From NCBI GenBank assembly GCA_012837335.1, contig DURM01000007.1, forward strand, positions 31,127-95,126: DNA of 64,000 nt, written 5' to 3'. The notes below the pieces were generated by a model. That model saw nothing but the letters and a program-made list of their open reading frames with translations. It did not search any database and was not told the origin of the DNA. How positions within the stretch are numbered: the stretch's first letter is position 1; every line of letters begins with the position of its first letter. This document shows positions 46,859 through 56,740 of this stretch, piece by piece. A program made the position numbers and the translations under genes. The stretch is from Bacillota bacterium (GTDB lineage Bacteria; Bacillota; Limnochordia; Darwinibacteriales; DTU012).

Positions 46859-47320
46859 CTATGCTACTGCGACAAACACCAGGTCAAACTCGATCTCCAT
46901 GCCCTGAATCAAGTCAGTGGCATTTGCTGCAGGCAGAGTGAGTGCAAATTCTACGTCTTCGTTAGCTCCATCAGTTAAGGCGCGGCCGGCTGGATCGGGC
47001 TGTTGGATTAATCCTGCTAAAGAACCGGTGTACAGAACTTCTGGAGTTCCTGTAGGATCAGCTGTAACAGTTATTTCCAGTCTTTCAGCTAACAAACGCG
47101 CATCTTGGGGTGTACCACCTGCTGCTGCATACCAATCAGCTGATACATAGTATACAACGTCTACACCTGATGTGTTTTCAACATTGATTATGTCGGTTGC
47201 AGTTGAACCACCGACCCAATTGGTTTCGGTAAAAATCGGTGTTAATGGATCGATTGTCAGGTCTACCTGAGCTATACCAACAGTATTGTTCTCATTTAAT
47301 TGTTGAACTGTGAAAGGCAC
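46859..47320 (-). CDS. Hypothetical 153-aa protein, possibly TasA/camelysin-like beta-rich fold, no signal peptide
   Basis: GTG start 7 nt after AAGGTGGTG. Thr/Asp/Gly/Val-rich. Loose similarity in VDLTIDP and INVENTSGV. Low certainty. Confidence 0.35.
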   Translation of the reverse strand: MPFTVQQLNENNTVGIAQVDLTIDPLTPIFTETNWVGGSTATDIINVENTSGVDVVYYVSADWYAAAGGTPQDARLLAERLEITVTADPTGTPEVLYTGSLAGLIQQPDPAGRALTDGANEDVEFALTLPAANATDLIQGMEIEFDLVFVAVA

Positions 47321-47525
47321 TATTTTTCACCACCTTTATCATGATTTCAGTATATGTTATGAGCAAGCTGTTTTTTTGGCGATAGTTCTCCTGAGCAAAC
47401 AGGATTCAGTTCCTGAAAATAGGGAATTGAAAATCATTATCACTTGTTTATCTGCAGGCAAATTGGGGCTCAGTGGTTAATTATGCTAATATGAAAAACA
47501 GCGGGGAATAAGGGAGGCTCTAGTA

Positions 47526-49559
47526 ATGGCTTTTAAGTTGATGAAAAATACGGTGATCGAGCTCAATCAGCCTGACAGCAAACCGCTTCAGAACGCTGTC
47601 CGCATGTTCCGCCGCGACTTGGCGAATACTCTGCTTGACAGCGAAGAGGATCTCCAGAGTAGTATTTATGTTGATGCAGCTGCGGGCCATGGCTTGGCTT
47701 GTGAGCAGTTTGAAATTAAGGTTGAATCAGGGGAAAGACTGGTAATTAGAGCTGGCGATGAGCTGGGCGGCATATACGGACTGCTCTACATCAGCGAGAA
47801 ATATCTAGGTGTGAAGCCGTTTTGGTTCTGGCACGATCAGCTTTTTCATAAACAGGATTATGTGGAGATTCCGGAAGGTTGCTACCGGTCGAAGCCGCAG
47901 CGGGTGCGTTTCCGCGGCTGGTTTGTCAATGACGAGGTGCTTTTAAGTGAGTGGCAGATAGACGGCAGCAGCGATGAGGTGTGGCGAATGGTTTTTGAGA
48001 CTCTCCTTCGCTGCGGCGGGAACATGGCGATTCCCGGAACTGATCTCAACAGCAAAAAGAACCGGCACTTGGCTGTAGAAATGGGTCTGTGGATCACCCA
48101 CCACCACGCAGAGCCGTTAGGAGCGGAGATGTTTGCCCGGGTTTATCCTGATCAAGCTCCGTCTTATTTGGAGCATCCGGATTTATTTGAAGAGCTGTGG
48201 GAGCAGGCAATTTTAGCCCAGAAGGACCATAAAGTGGTCTGGAATGTGGGCTTTCGGGGGCAGGGAGATCGACCGTTTTGGAGTGATGATCGGCGTTTCA
48301 ACACTCCGGAAGAGCGAGGGAAGCTGATCAGCCGGATTATGCGGCGGCAGTGCGAGTTGATTAGAGAGTATGTTGCTAATCCGGTTTTCTGCACTAATTT
48401 ATATGGAGAAATATTGGAGCTGTACCGCGCCGGCCATCTTGACATTCCCGATGATGTGATCAAAATCTGGGGCGACAGCGGTTATGGCAAGATGGTTTCC
48501 CGCCGTCAGGGCAACCATAATCCCCGCCATAATGCTTTGGCTGATCCTGATGACCCGGGTCTAAACGGCATCTACTACCACGCGTCGTTCTATGACCTGC
48601 AGGCATCGAGCCATATCGCTATGATTCCCAATTCACCGGAGCTGCTGGCTGATGAGCTGAACCAATGCCTGGAGCGCTTGATGGATCAGTATTGGATCAT
48701 CAACTGCGGCAATGTTAAGCCCCACAGCTATATTCTCGACTTGATCCGAGAGCTGTGGACCGAAGGGACGATCGATGTGGCTCAGCACCGGCGGGACTTT
48801 CTCGAAGTTTTCTATCCCCAATCTTTTGTTGAGGATATCAGTCGGTTATTTGATGCCTACTTTGCCAGCACCATTCATTATGGAGTGCATCCTGATGAAA
48901 AAGCGGGCGAGCAGTTTTACCACCATCCTGCCCGGGAATTGATCGCCGCCTGTCTCTGCGGGGAAACGGAGCAGACCCTGATGCGCCTGTACTGGGCAAC
49001 GGGGAAGATTGGATTTCGCGAGCAGATTAAGTGGTTTAAAGCCAAGTGCGCAGCAGCCGTTGCCGGATGGCAGGATTTAGCAGAGCAGTGCCGGAAATTA
49101 CAGGATCAAATGCCCGCGCCATTCAGCCATGTTTTCTTTGCGATGTTGGGGGTGCAGGTAGAGATCCATTATACAGGCTGTAAAGGCTTTGTTGCGCTCT
49201 GTGACAGCCTGCTTGCGCTTTTGGATCGGGACTATGTGCAGGCGTTTGTGCTGGCAGGAGATGCATTGACAGCTTATACTCAAGGAGTTAAGGCGATGGA
49301 TCAGGCTGAGCATGGTCACTGGCAGGGCTACTATTATAACGACTGTTTGACCAATGTGAAGCTGACCGTTTACTGCTGCGATACACTGCGGCGCTATATC
49401 AGGATGCTGGGGGACGGACCCAGCTTCCACAGCTGGGAGCGAAATTATCTTTATGATGCCGGAGACCAGAAAATCGTGCTGCTTACCAATACCAACAATC
49501 ATTTGTCCGATGATGAGCTGTATCTCAAGCTGAAGAATAAACTGGGAGGCAGCGAATAG
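47526..49559 (+). CDS. Glycoside hydrolase family 115-like (alpha-glucuronidase) protein
   Basis: N-terminal lid pattern LVIRAGDELGGIYGLLYISEKYLGVKPFWFWHDQ resembles GH115. No signal peptide. Confidence 0.5.
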   Translation: MAFKLMKNTVIELNQPDSKPLQNAVRMFRRDLANTLLDSEEDLQSSIYVDAAAGHGLACEQFEIKVESGERLVIRAGDELGGIYGLLYISEKYLGVKPFWFWHDQLFHKQDYVEIPEGCYRSKPQRVRFRGWFVNDEVLLSEWQIDGSSDEVWRMVFETLLRCGGNMAIPGTDLNSKKNRHLAVEMGLWITHHHAEPLGAEMFARVYPDQAPSYLEHPDLFEELWEQAILAQKDHKVVWNVGFRGQGDRPFWSDDRRFNTPEERGKLISRIMRRQCELIREYVANPVFCTNLYGEILELYRAGHLDIPDDVIKIWGDSGYGKMVSRRQGNHNPRHNALADPDDPGLNGIYYHASFYDLQASSHIAMIPNSPELLADELNQCLERLMDQYWIINCGNVKPHSYILDLIRELWTEGTIDVAQHRRDFLEVFYPQSFVEDISRLFDAYFASTIHYGVHPDEKAGEQFYHHPARELIAACLCGETEQTLMRLYWATGKIGFREQIKWFKAKCAAAVAGWQDLAEQCRKLQDQMPAPFSHVFFAMLGVQVEIHYTGCKGFVALCDSLLALLDRDYVQAFVLAGDALTAYTQGVKAMDQAEHGHWQGYYYNDCLTNVKLTVYCCDTLRRYIRMLGDGPSFHSWERNYLYDAGDQKIVLLTNTNNHLSDDELYLKLKNKLGGSE

Positions 49560-49575
49560 CTACAGGAGGGCTAAG

Positions 49576-50295
49576 ATGAGTGGGCGGGACTGGATTGGTG
49601 TGGGTTTGTTTTTCCTGTATTTCATTCTTGGAGCGGGCGTAATTGCAGTGATCAGTTCGCTGATCAAAATACCGCAGGAGTTTCGGCGGAAGGCCTATCA
49701 TTTAATGGCCTGCGGCTCCATTCTGGTGCTTTTGTGGCATTTCGATAACTGGTACGGAGCTCTGACTGCGATCGGCTTGTTTCTGGTGGCAGTTTACGCT
49801 GTGGTACCGGCTGCGATGCGCTTGTTCTCCTTTAAGCACATAACAGTGCAGAGAGGCGGTTCGATTAAAGAGCTGTTGTATCAGGCGAGTGTATTTCTGC
49901 TCACTTTAGGTCTGCTGATTGCGGTGATTTGGGGCCTGATCGGTGAAGAACACAAGCTGCACATCCTGATTGGGGTTACAGCCCTCAGTTTAGGGGATGC
50001 GGCAGCGGCTCTGATTGGCCGGCACTTCGGCAAAAACAAACTGCGTTTTAAGCTGTTTGATCCCAATAAAACGGTGGAAGGCAGTCTGGGAATGATCGGG
50101 TTTGCCTTCATCGGGATTTTTACTCTGCTGCTTGTCTACACTGACCTATCGATGGGTACCGCTTTTTTCTCAGCCTTACTGCTGGCAATTGTTAGCGCTA
50201 TTGTCGAAGCGGCGGCGGTTCATGGTTCAGATACAGTTTTAATTCCTGTGATCGTATCGTTTGCGTCGCTTGGTTTGCTTTTTCTGGTAAGTTAG
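49576..50295 (+). CDS. CTP_transf_1 family (CdsA / dolichol-polyprenol kinase-like) integral membrane protein
   Basis: Seven TM helices. GRHFGKNKLRFKLFDPNKTVEGSLGM matches the CdsA/dolichol-kinase C-terminal signature. Confidence 0.45.
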   Translation: MSGRDWIGVGLFFLYFILGAGVIAVISSLIKIPQEFRRKAYHLMACGSILVLLWHFDNWYGALTAIGLFLVAVYAVVPAAMRLFSFKHITVQRGGSIKELLYQASVFLLTLGLLIAVIWGLIGEEHKLHILIGVTALSLGDAAAALIGRHFGKNKLRFKLFDPNKTVEGSLGMIGFAFIGIFTLLLVYTDLSMGTAFFSALLLAIVSAIVEAAAVHGSDTVLIPVIVSFASLGLLFLVS

Positions 50296-50302
50296 CTGGA
50301 TT

Positions 50303-50326
50303 GGGGGGCTTGGCCCCTCTTTTCTT
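50303..50326 (+). terminator. Putative intrinsic terminator
   Basis: GGGGC-ttg-GCCCC followed by TCTTTTCTT. Confidence 0.45.
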
Positions 50327-50361
50327 GTCTGATTTTTACACTTGAATATCTGAAAATTGAT

Positions 50362-50390
50362 TTGAATCAGTTAAAGGTTCCGGATAAAAT
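50362..50390 (+). promoter_or_regulatory. Sigma-A-type promoter (TTGAAT-17 nt-TAAAAT) for second ABC importer operon
   Basis: TTGAAT at 50362-50367 and TAAAAT at 50385-50390. Confidence 0.5.
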
Positions 50391-50425
50391 GTAAATGAAA
50401 TGTAAAATAAAGAAGGGGGTTAGTT

Positions 50426-51700
50426 ATGAAGAATCGCTTGATGTGTTTGGCTGTTGTGTTTTTGTTAATGTTTGTGGCGATCTCACCGCTGACCGCTGCC
50501 GATGAGCCGCTGCGGATCATGTGGTGGGGTTCCCAAGTGCGTCATGACAGGACCCTGCAAGTCATCGAATTGTTCGAGAAAGAAACCGGCATCAAGATGG
50601 AACCTGAATTCTACGGCTTTGATGATTACATTTCCAAGCTGAACATTCTGATCGCAGCCAACGATGCTCCTGATATTATGCAGATGGGCGGCAACTTTCC
50701 TACCTACATTGACCACATCGAATTCCTCAATCCTTACATCGAATCAGGCGTAGTAGACATTTCCAATACCGATCCCAGCTTTATTGCAATTACTACTTTG
50801 GAAGGGAATACCATCGGTCTGTCATCTGGTACGAATGCTCCGGCATTAGCGTACGACCCTGAACTGTTTAAAGCAGCGGGCCTGCCTGAGCCGAGCTTTG
50901 ACTGGACTTGGGATGAGTTTGAAGCGGCAACACTGAAGATTCAAGAAGAGCTGGGAATCCTGGGCGTAGCTCTCACCCGCAATGACGAGTTCTGGATTCT
51001 CACCACTGTAGTGCCGCAATACAATACCGGTGAAAGCTTATTCTTAGAGCCTTATCGCCTTGAGCTGAACTATGAAAATGATGAATATGTAGCTGAGTAT
51101 TTCCGCATGGTTAAGCGCCTGACTGATGCTGGTGCTTATCCAACTCCGGCTCAAATGGCAGAGATTAAGGATATCGAGGGCAATCCGCTGGTTCGCGGCG
51201 AAGCTGCCATGGCGTTTGTCTTCAGCAACCAGTTCGTGGCCCTGTCTGAAGCAGCCGGACGTCCATTAAAGCTGGTCTCGATTCCGAGAAGATACAAGGA
51301 CGGTCCCCTTTCCATGACCATTATGTCTTCTCAGATGTTCTGTATCTCCAAGAATTCGAAGCAGAAAGAAAATGCGGCGAAATTCCTAGATTTCTTTGCT
51401 AACAACGTTGAGGCAAATATGATCCTTAAAGGTGAGCGTGGTGTGCCGATTATGAGACATATCCGGGAAGCGCTAGCTGAGGATCTGCCCTACGCTGAAC
51501 AAGTAATTTACCAATACCTCACCGACTTAGGCCGGGAAGCAGCTACTGAGATTCTCCTGGATTCGCCGGTTCAGACTCAAATTAGAGATGTGTACATCAG
51601 ATTGGCAGAAGAAGTGGTCTTTAACCGCACTACTCCGGAGCAAGCAGCTAAGCAGTTCCGGACCGAGGCGGGGGCTATTCTGGACCGCTATCAACCGTAA
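50426..51700 (+). CDS. ABC transporter extracellular solute-binding protein (SBP family 1)
   Basis: Signal peptide MKNRLMCLAVVFLLMFVAISPLTAADEP and an SBP_bac_1-like core. Confidence 0.65.
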   Translation: MKNRLMCLAVVFLLMFVAISPLTAADEPLRIMWWGSQVRHDRTLQVIELFEKETGIKMEPEFYGFDDYISKLNILIAANDAPDIMQMGGNFPTYIDHIEFLNPYIESGVVDISNTDPSFIAITTLEGNTIGLSSGTNAPALAYDPELFKAAGLPEPSFDWTWDEFEAATLKIQEELGILGVALTRNDEFWILTTVVPQYNTGESLFLEPYRLELNYENDEYVAEYFRMVKRLTDAGAYPTPAQMAEIKDIEGNPLVRGEAAMAFVFSNQFVALSEAAGRPLKLVSIPRRYKDGPLSMTIMSSQMFCISKNSKQKENAAKFLDFFANNVEANMILKGERGVPIMRHIREALAEDLPYAEQVIYQYLTDLGREAATEILLDSPVQTQIRDVYIRLAEEVVFNRTTPEQAAKQFRTEAGAILDRYQP

Positions 51701-51721
51701 GTGAACCTATTAGGCTAAATC

Positions 51722-51758
51722 AGCACATGCTCCAGTTGCTGCTGGGGCATGTGCTTTT
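51722..51758 (+). terminator. Intra-operon hairpin/attenuator between SBP and permease genes
   Basis: AGCACATGC-tccagttgctgctgg-GGCATGTGCT followed by TTTT. Confidence 0.45.
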
Positions 51759-51774
51759 CAGGAGGTGGGTCTAG

Positions 51775-52734
51775 ATGATCGAGAAAAGAACCGCGGGTCT
51801 GCAGCTGAGGTATCGTCCTAAGCGCAAGCCGAACCGGTTGATCCGCTTTCTCAACCGAGAAGCGGTCTGCGGTTATGTCTTTGCATCACCTTTTATCATT
51901 GGGTTCCTAGCATTTACCATTGTTCCCATGCTGTACTCCCTGTATATTTCTTTTACCAGCTATCGGATTACCTCCAGTCCGACCTGGATTGGCCTGGACA
52001 ATTATGTCCGCATGTTTACCCAGGATCCCCGGTATATCAACTCCATCAAGGTTACCCTTAAATATGTGGCTGTATCAGTGCCCCTCAAGGTCGGCTTTGC
52101 CCTGTTCATCGCGTTTTTATTAACCAGACGGGCGCGGGGAATGCCGGTTTATCGCTCCATCTACTACCTGCCATCACTCATCGGGGGCAGCGTAGCCGTT
52201 TCTTTGGTGTGGAAGGAATTATTTGCTGTTAATGGCGTGATTAATAAAATCTTGTCAATATTTGGCGTTGACCCCATTCAGTGGCTGGGTGACCCAACTT
52301 ATGCGATCTGGGTTTTAATTCTGCTTTCAGCTTGGCAGTTTGGTTCTTCAATGCTGATTTTTGCAGCCGGCTTAAAGCAGATTCCAGCCGTATACTATGA
52401 AGCCGCGCAAATTGACGGCGCATCGGGTTGGCAGCAGTTTCTTTATATAACTATTCCCAGCCTATCCCCGGTAATTTTCTTCAACGTTGTGATGCAGACC
52501 ATTTCGGCATTTCTTAACTTCACCCAGGCGTTTATCATTACGCAGGGACGACCGATGGACAGCACCTTAGTTTACTCTTTATATCTGTATTACAGCGCCT
52601 TTAACTATTATGAAATGGGCTATGCCAGTGCTATGGCGTGGGTGCTTTTGATCATGGTCGCGGTTGTTACCGCATTTATCTTTAAATCGTCTAGTTATTG
52701 GGTCTTTTATGAATCGAAAGGGGGAGGGACATAG
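51775..52734 (+). CDS. Carbohydrate ABC transporter permease (MalF-type)
   Basis: Six TM helices; EAA-like YYEAAQIDGASGWQQFLYITIP. Confidence 0.75.
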   Translation: MIEKRTAGLQLRYRPKRKPNRLIRFLNREAVCGYVFASPFIIGFLAFTIVPMLYSLYISFTSYRITSSPTWIGLDNYVRMFTQDPRYINSIKVTLKYVAVSVPLKVGFALFIAFLLTRRARGMPVYRSIYYLPSLIGGSVAVSLVWKELFAVNGVINKILSIFGVDPIQWLGDPTYAIWVLILLSAWQFGSSMLIFAAGLKQIPAVYYEAAQIDGASGWQQFLYITIPSLSPVIFFNVVMQTISAFLNFTQAFIITQGRPMDSTLVYSLYLYYSAFNYYEMGYASAMAWVLLIMVAVVTAFIFKSSSYWVFYESKGGGT

Positions 52735-53589
52735 ATGCAGACTCGTTCTCAAACCAAAAAAATTGTCCTCACCGCTGCCTATCATACCTTCATTTTGGGG
52801 TTAGGGTTTGTGATGGTCTATCCGGTGCTGTGGATGATCTCCGGTTCGTTTAAAACCAACTACGAGATTCTCAACGAAGCTTTGAAACTGTGGCCGAATG
52901 AATTCAGTCTGGATAATTTTATCCGCGGCTGGAAAGGATTTGGGAACCTGAATTTCGGGGTGTTTTTCAAAAATTCTTTTTACATTACCATTCTAGCCAC
53001 TTTAGGAGTAACGATTTCATCGTCTTTTGTGGCCTATGCCTTTGCCCGACTGCGATTTCCGGGACGCCGGTTTTTCTTTGCCTGCATGATGGCAACTCTG
53101 ATGCTGCCGCCGCAGGTAGTGTTGATTCCCCAGTACATTATTTTCCGTAGCTTGAACTTGACCAACACCTATGTACCTCTGATCCTGCCGGCATGGTTTT
53201 CTCGAGCGTTCTTTGTGTTTATGATGATGCAGTTTATCCATGGGCTGCCCCGGGAGCTTGATGAGGCAGCAATCATTGACGGATGCTCCTGGTATTCGGT
53301 TTACTTCCGTGTCATCCTGCCTTTAATTAAGCCGGCCTGGATCACCACGGTGATTATCAACTTCTACTGGGTTTGGGATGACTTTATGGGTCCTCTGATC
53401 TACTTGAGCCGACCGGCTAAATTCCCGGTCTCACTGGCGATCAAATTGTTTGCCGATTCCACCTCCCGGACAGACTTTGGTGCCATGTTTGCCATGTCAA
53501 CTCTGTCCTTGATTCCGGTGTTTTTAATTTTCCTGATTTTCAACAAAGAGCTGATGGAAGGGATCAGTGCAACCGGACTAAAGGGATAG
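52735..53589 (+). CDS. Carbohydrate ABC transporter permease (MalG-type)
   Basis: TAGATG stop/start junction; EAA motif DEAAIIDGCSWYSVYFRVILP. Confidence 0.75.
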   Translation: MQTRSQTKKIVLTAAYHTFILGLGFVMVYPVLWMISGSFKTNYEILNEALKLWPNEFSLDNFIRGWKGFGNLNFGVFFKNSFYITILATLGVTISSSFVAYAFARLRFPGRRFFFACMMATLMLPPQVVLIPQYIIFRSLNLTNTYVPLILPAWFSRAFFVFMMMQFIHGLPRELDEAAIIDGCSWYSVYFRVILPLIKPAWITTVIINFYWVWDDFMGPLIYLSRPAKFPVSLAIKLFADSTSRTDFGAMFAMSTLSLIPVFLIFLIFNKELMEGISATGLKG

Positions 53590-53599
53590 AATTATTAAT

Positions 53600-53628
53600 T
53601 TGTAAAATATCTTTGTAAAAAGTATAAT
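53600..53628 (+). promoter_or_regulatory. Sigma-A-type promoter (TTGTAA-17 nt-TATAAT) for sensor kinase/response regulator genes
   Basis: TTGTAA at 53600-53605 and TATAAT at 53623-53628. TTTGTAAAA is a direct repeat. Confidence 0.5.
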
Positions 53629-53660
53629 GAAAGTGTAAAAAACAAAACAGGTGCTGAGCT

Positions 53661-55418
53661 ATGAAATTAATTTCGCTGCGCAAAGGCTACTTTGCGGTAT
53701 TGATTCTGATCGTGGTGATGGTTGCAACTGTAACCGGTTTATTTATGGTCAATCTTTATCAGATTTACACCAGGATGGTGTTCAGCGAATCGGCAGAAAT
53801 CCTCAATCTCTATTCCAATATTGCCAACACCAGACTCGCGGCGATTGAACATCTGTCATTTGAGGTGCTTTCCAACCACGATATTCATCAAAATCTGCAG
53901 AGCTATATCAGGGCATCGGATCCTTTTCAAGCCCATCAGGCGGTGAACGACCTCTATACACAGCTGTTTACCCGCTGGATCATGACTGAGGGCGTTGAGT
54001 CGATCAGCTTCGTGTTTTTGGATGGGAAAAGGGTGGATGTGGGGCGGACCCAAGCTGTTCATGTTTCTGATTCTGCCCTGCCGAGCATTGTAACAGCTGC
54101 CCACAGCCTGGAGGGTTCTCCGGCTTGGGCAGCCAACGCAGCTGGTGAGAACACCATCACCCTCTACCGCTTAATCCGCGATATTACCGGCAGCAATAAA
54201 TTTCAGCCCCTAGGTACACTGGTCATCAATATTTCCGCTGATTATTTCCTCAACTATACTCCAGTGATTTCGGCAAAATACAAGCCAATGATTGTCTGCA
54301 TTGCCGATGACCAGGTTCTTTACGGCCAGGATTGGAGCATTGATTCGGAAGAGTTTTTGCAGGCGGTTAATGGGCATAACCGCCATAAACGGGTGAAGCT
54401 GAACGGTCAGTCCTTCTACATGCTTACCACTGAGTTTGGCAGAAATGGGTGGAAGCTGATTTATCTGCTGTCAGCCAGTGAGATGCTGAAAGACATTCAA
54501 AGTGCCAATGTGACTTATGGGTTAACGCTGGCCTTGATTACCGCGGGTGTTGCTGTGCTGGTATACTGCTTGGCCAACGCAGTTAACCGGCCGATTATGC
54601 GCCTTACTTCTGCAATGCAGGTAGTAGAAGACGGCAACTACTCGGTCAGGCTGGAGGAACCGGGTTCTCGGCTGGGCGTAGGTGTGACGGAAGTGGTGCA
54701 GTTGACGAATGGTTTTTCCCGGATGGTAAAAGAGATTGACCGTTTGATCAATGAGGTCTATGCCAAACAGTTAGCTCTGATCGATATGAAGTACCGGATG
54801 CTGACGCAGCAGATCAATCCCCATTTCTTGTACAACACACTTGATACGGTTAATTGGAAAGCAATTCAGTCGGGAAATGAAGAAATCTCAGTGATGGTAA
54901 CAGCTTTATCCAAGCTTCTGCGCAGTTCTATCAAAGGCTCAGATATTATCTCTCTTGGTGAGGAACTCAATTTCATAGCTGACTACATTAAGATTCAAAA
55001 ACTTAGGTTCGAGGAGCGCTTGCATATTGCGATCAATATTCCGGAAAATCTTCACAGCTGTCCCATTCCCCGGCTGACACTGCAGCCAATTGTGGAGAAC
55101 AGCATCATTCATAATCTGGAAAAATATGCCAAGCCCTGCACAGTCATGATTGAAGCGGAAGCTGCGCAAGGTGAGCTTATGATCCGGATTATGGATGATG
55201 GGCGCGGGCTTGATCTGGACTATCTGGAAAAGGTGCTGAATCATGAGATCGAAACCGACAGCTGCGGTATCGGACTGCGGAATATTGACCAGCGGATTAA
55301 GATTACCTTCGGAGAAGCTTACGGTATCCGCGTCGCCAACCGCCAACCCACAGGAGCAATAATAACTGTTGTGCTGCCATGTGAGGGAGAGTGCGATGAT
55401 CAAACTGCTGATTGCTGA
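53661..55418 (+). CDS. Sensor histidine kinase, YesM-like (two TM + HAMP + His_kinase + HATPase_c)
   Basis: N-terminal TM, then a ~270-aa extracytoplasmic region, a second TM, HAMP, the QINPHFLYNTL H-box, and HATPase (MDDGRGLD). Confidence 0.75.
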   Translation: MKLISLRKGYFAVLILIVVMVATVTGLFMVNLYQIYTRMVFSESAEILNLYSNIANTRLAAIEHLSFEVLSNHDIHQNLQSYIRASDPFQAHQAVNDLYTQLFTRWIMTEGVESISFVFLDGKRVDVGRTQAVHVSDSALPSIVTAAHSLEGSPAWAANAAGENTITLYRLIRDITGSNKFQPLGTLVINISADYFLNYTPVISAKYKPMIVCIADDQVLYGQDWSIDSEEFLQAVNGHNRHKRVKLNGQSFYMLTTEFGRNGWKLIYLLSASEMLKDIQSANVTYGLTLALITAGVAVLVYCLANAVNRPIMRLTSAMQVVEDGNYSVRLEEPGSRLGVGVTEVVQLTNGFSRMVKEIDRLINEVYAKQLALIDMKYRMLTQQINPHFLYNTLDTVNWKAIQSGNEEISVMVTALSKLLRSSIKGSDIISLGEELNFIADYIKIQKLRFEERLHIAINIPENLHSCPIPRLTLQPIVENSIIHNLEKYAKPCTVMIEAEAAQGELMIRIMDDGRGLDLDYLEKVLNHEIETDSCGIGLRNIDQRIKITFGEAYGIRVANRQPTGAIITVVLPCEGECDDQTADC

Positions 55419-56610
55419 TGATGAGCGGACAATTCGAGAGGGGATCGCCCATTCAATTGATTGGGAGTCCTTGGGTATCTCACGCGTATTTTTAGCTGCA
55501 GACGGCAGGGAAGCCTGGGAGCTGATTGAGCGGGAACAGCCTGACATTGTGATTATCGATATTGTAATGCCGGAAATGACAGGAATAGAAGTGATCGCGA
55601 AGTTTGATGGCCTCGCCAACCGGCCGGAATTTGTTATTATTTCGGGGCATGATGAGTTTCAATTTGCGCAGGAAGCGATCCGCTACCACGTTAATAATTA
55701 TATTCTTAAGCCCTGCACTCCTCAGGAAATTATGACCACGATCAAAGAAGTGATCGATAAGATTGAGCAGCGCCAGTCGATGGACAGATATCTGGAAATG
55801 CTGCTGCCCCAGGCCAGAGAACAAATTCTCCATAACTTTTTGCTGGAAACAGGGTCTGGTTCTGACGATCTGTTGGAGCATGTTTTTGATAAGCGCCATG
55901 CTCTGTACCAAATACTGGTGTTTACCTTCGAGGATCCCGCTGATTTTGTCAATCTGCCGGAGCTGAAAATCAGTTTGAACAGTGCCGCTGTGGTGCTTAA
56001 CTGGAGTATCTGCACCATTATCCATGACTGTGTGGTGCTGATTTTTGATGCAGCTTCAGAAAGCAGGATTAAAGAACTGCTTAAGGCCGTCTACAGTTCT
56101 TTAGCGGAAGGCAGGATTACCGGTGTTAAAGCAGTGGTGACCGAAAAGGGAGGTCTTTGCCAGCTGCCGCGGCTGTTTAGGGAAGCGCTTGAAGCCCGCC
56201 GGCTGGGATGTGCCAGCAGTGAGCTGATCCCGCTGATTGATACCTGCAGGCTGAGATACTCGGAGCCGGTGCGGAGAGCTGTTCAGTATATCAATGAGCA
56301 CTACAGCGATCCGTCTCTTTCCTTAAACCACATTGCTTCGAATCTGCTTTTTCTTAACCCGGATTACTTCGGGAAGCTTTTTAAAAAAGAGTGTGGAGTT
56401 AAGTTTAATGATTATTTGACCATGCTGCGGATTGAAAAAGCCAAACAGCTGATTGCCCGCTCGGAGGATTTGAAAATCTATGAGGTGGCGGATAAAGTTG
56501 GCTTTGGCAGCAGTACCGCCTATTTCAGCAGGACCTTTCGGAAATATACCGGTATGCTGCCGAGTGAATATAAAGAGCGGTTTTACAGCAGCGGAGATCA
56601 GGGAGCCTGA
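55396..56610 (+). CDS. Response regulator with AraC-type HTH output (YesN-like)
   Basis: ATG at 55396 after GAGGGAGAG. REC domain MIKLLIADDE...DIVIIDIVMP. C-terminal AraC HTH. Confidence 0.75.
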   Translation: MIKLLIADDERTIREGIAHSIDWESLGISRVFLAADGREAWELIEREQPDIVIIDIVMPEMTGIEVIAKFDGLANRPEFVIISGHDEFQFAQEAIRYHVNNYILKPCTPQEIMTTIKEVIDKIEQRQSMDRYLEMLLPQAREQILHNFLLETGSGSDDLLEHVFDKRHALYQILVFTFEDPADFVNLPELKISLNSAAVVLNWSICTIIHDCVVLIFDAASESRIKELLKAVYSSLAEGRITGVKAVVTEKGGLCQLPRLFREALEARRLGCASSELIPLIDTCRLRYSEPVRRAVQYINEHYSDPSLSLNHIASNLLFLNPDYFGKLFKKECGVKFNDYLTMLRIEKAKQLIARSEDLKIYEVADKVGFGSSTAYFSRTFRKYTGMLPSEYKERFYSSGDQGA

Positions 56611-56740
56611 CCTCCGCTTTTTTACTATTTCCTGAAACATAGTTGACGTTGGGGTTAAAATAATGTTAAAGTTAGAGGTAGAGTTTAGTAATAAGCAATA
56701 AATTTTAGCTAAAACATTTTACCAGTGGAGGGAGAAGACT

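Noticed and set aside
53651-53848. 65-aa plus-strand ORF overlapping the histidine kinase start
   Set aside because: It is out of frame with and internal to the well-supported kinase CDS, has no RBS, and is spurious.
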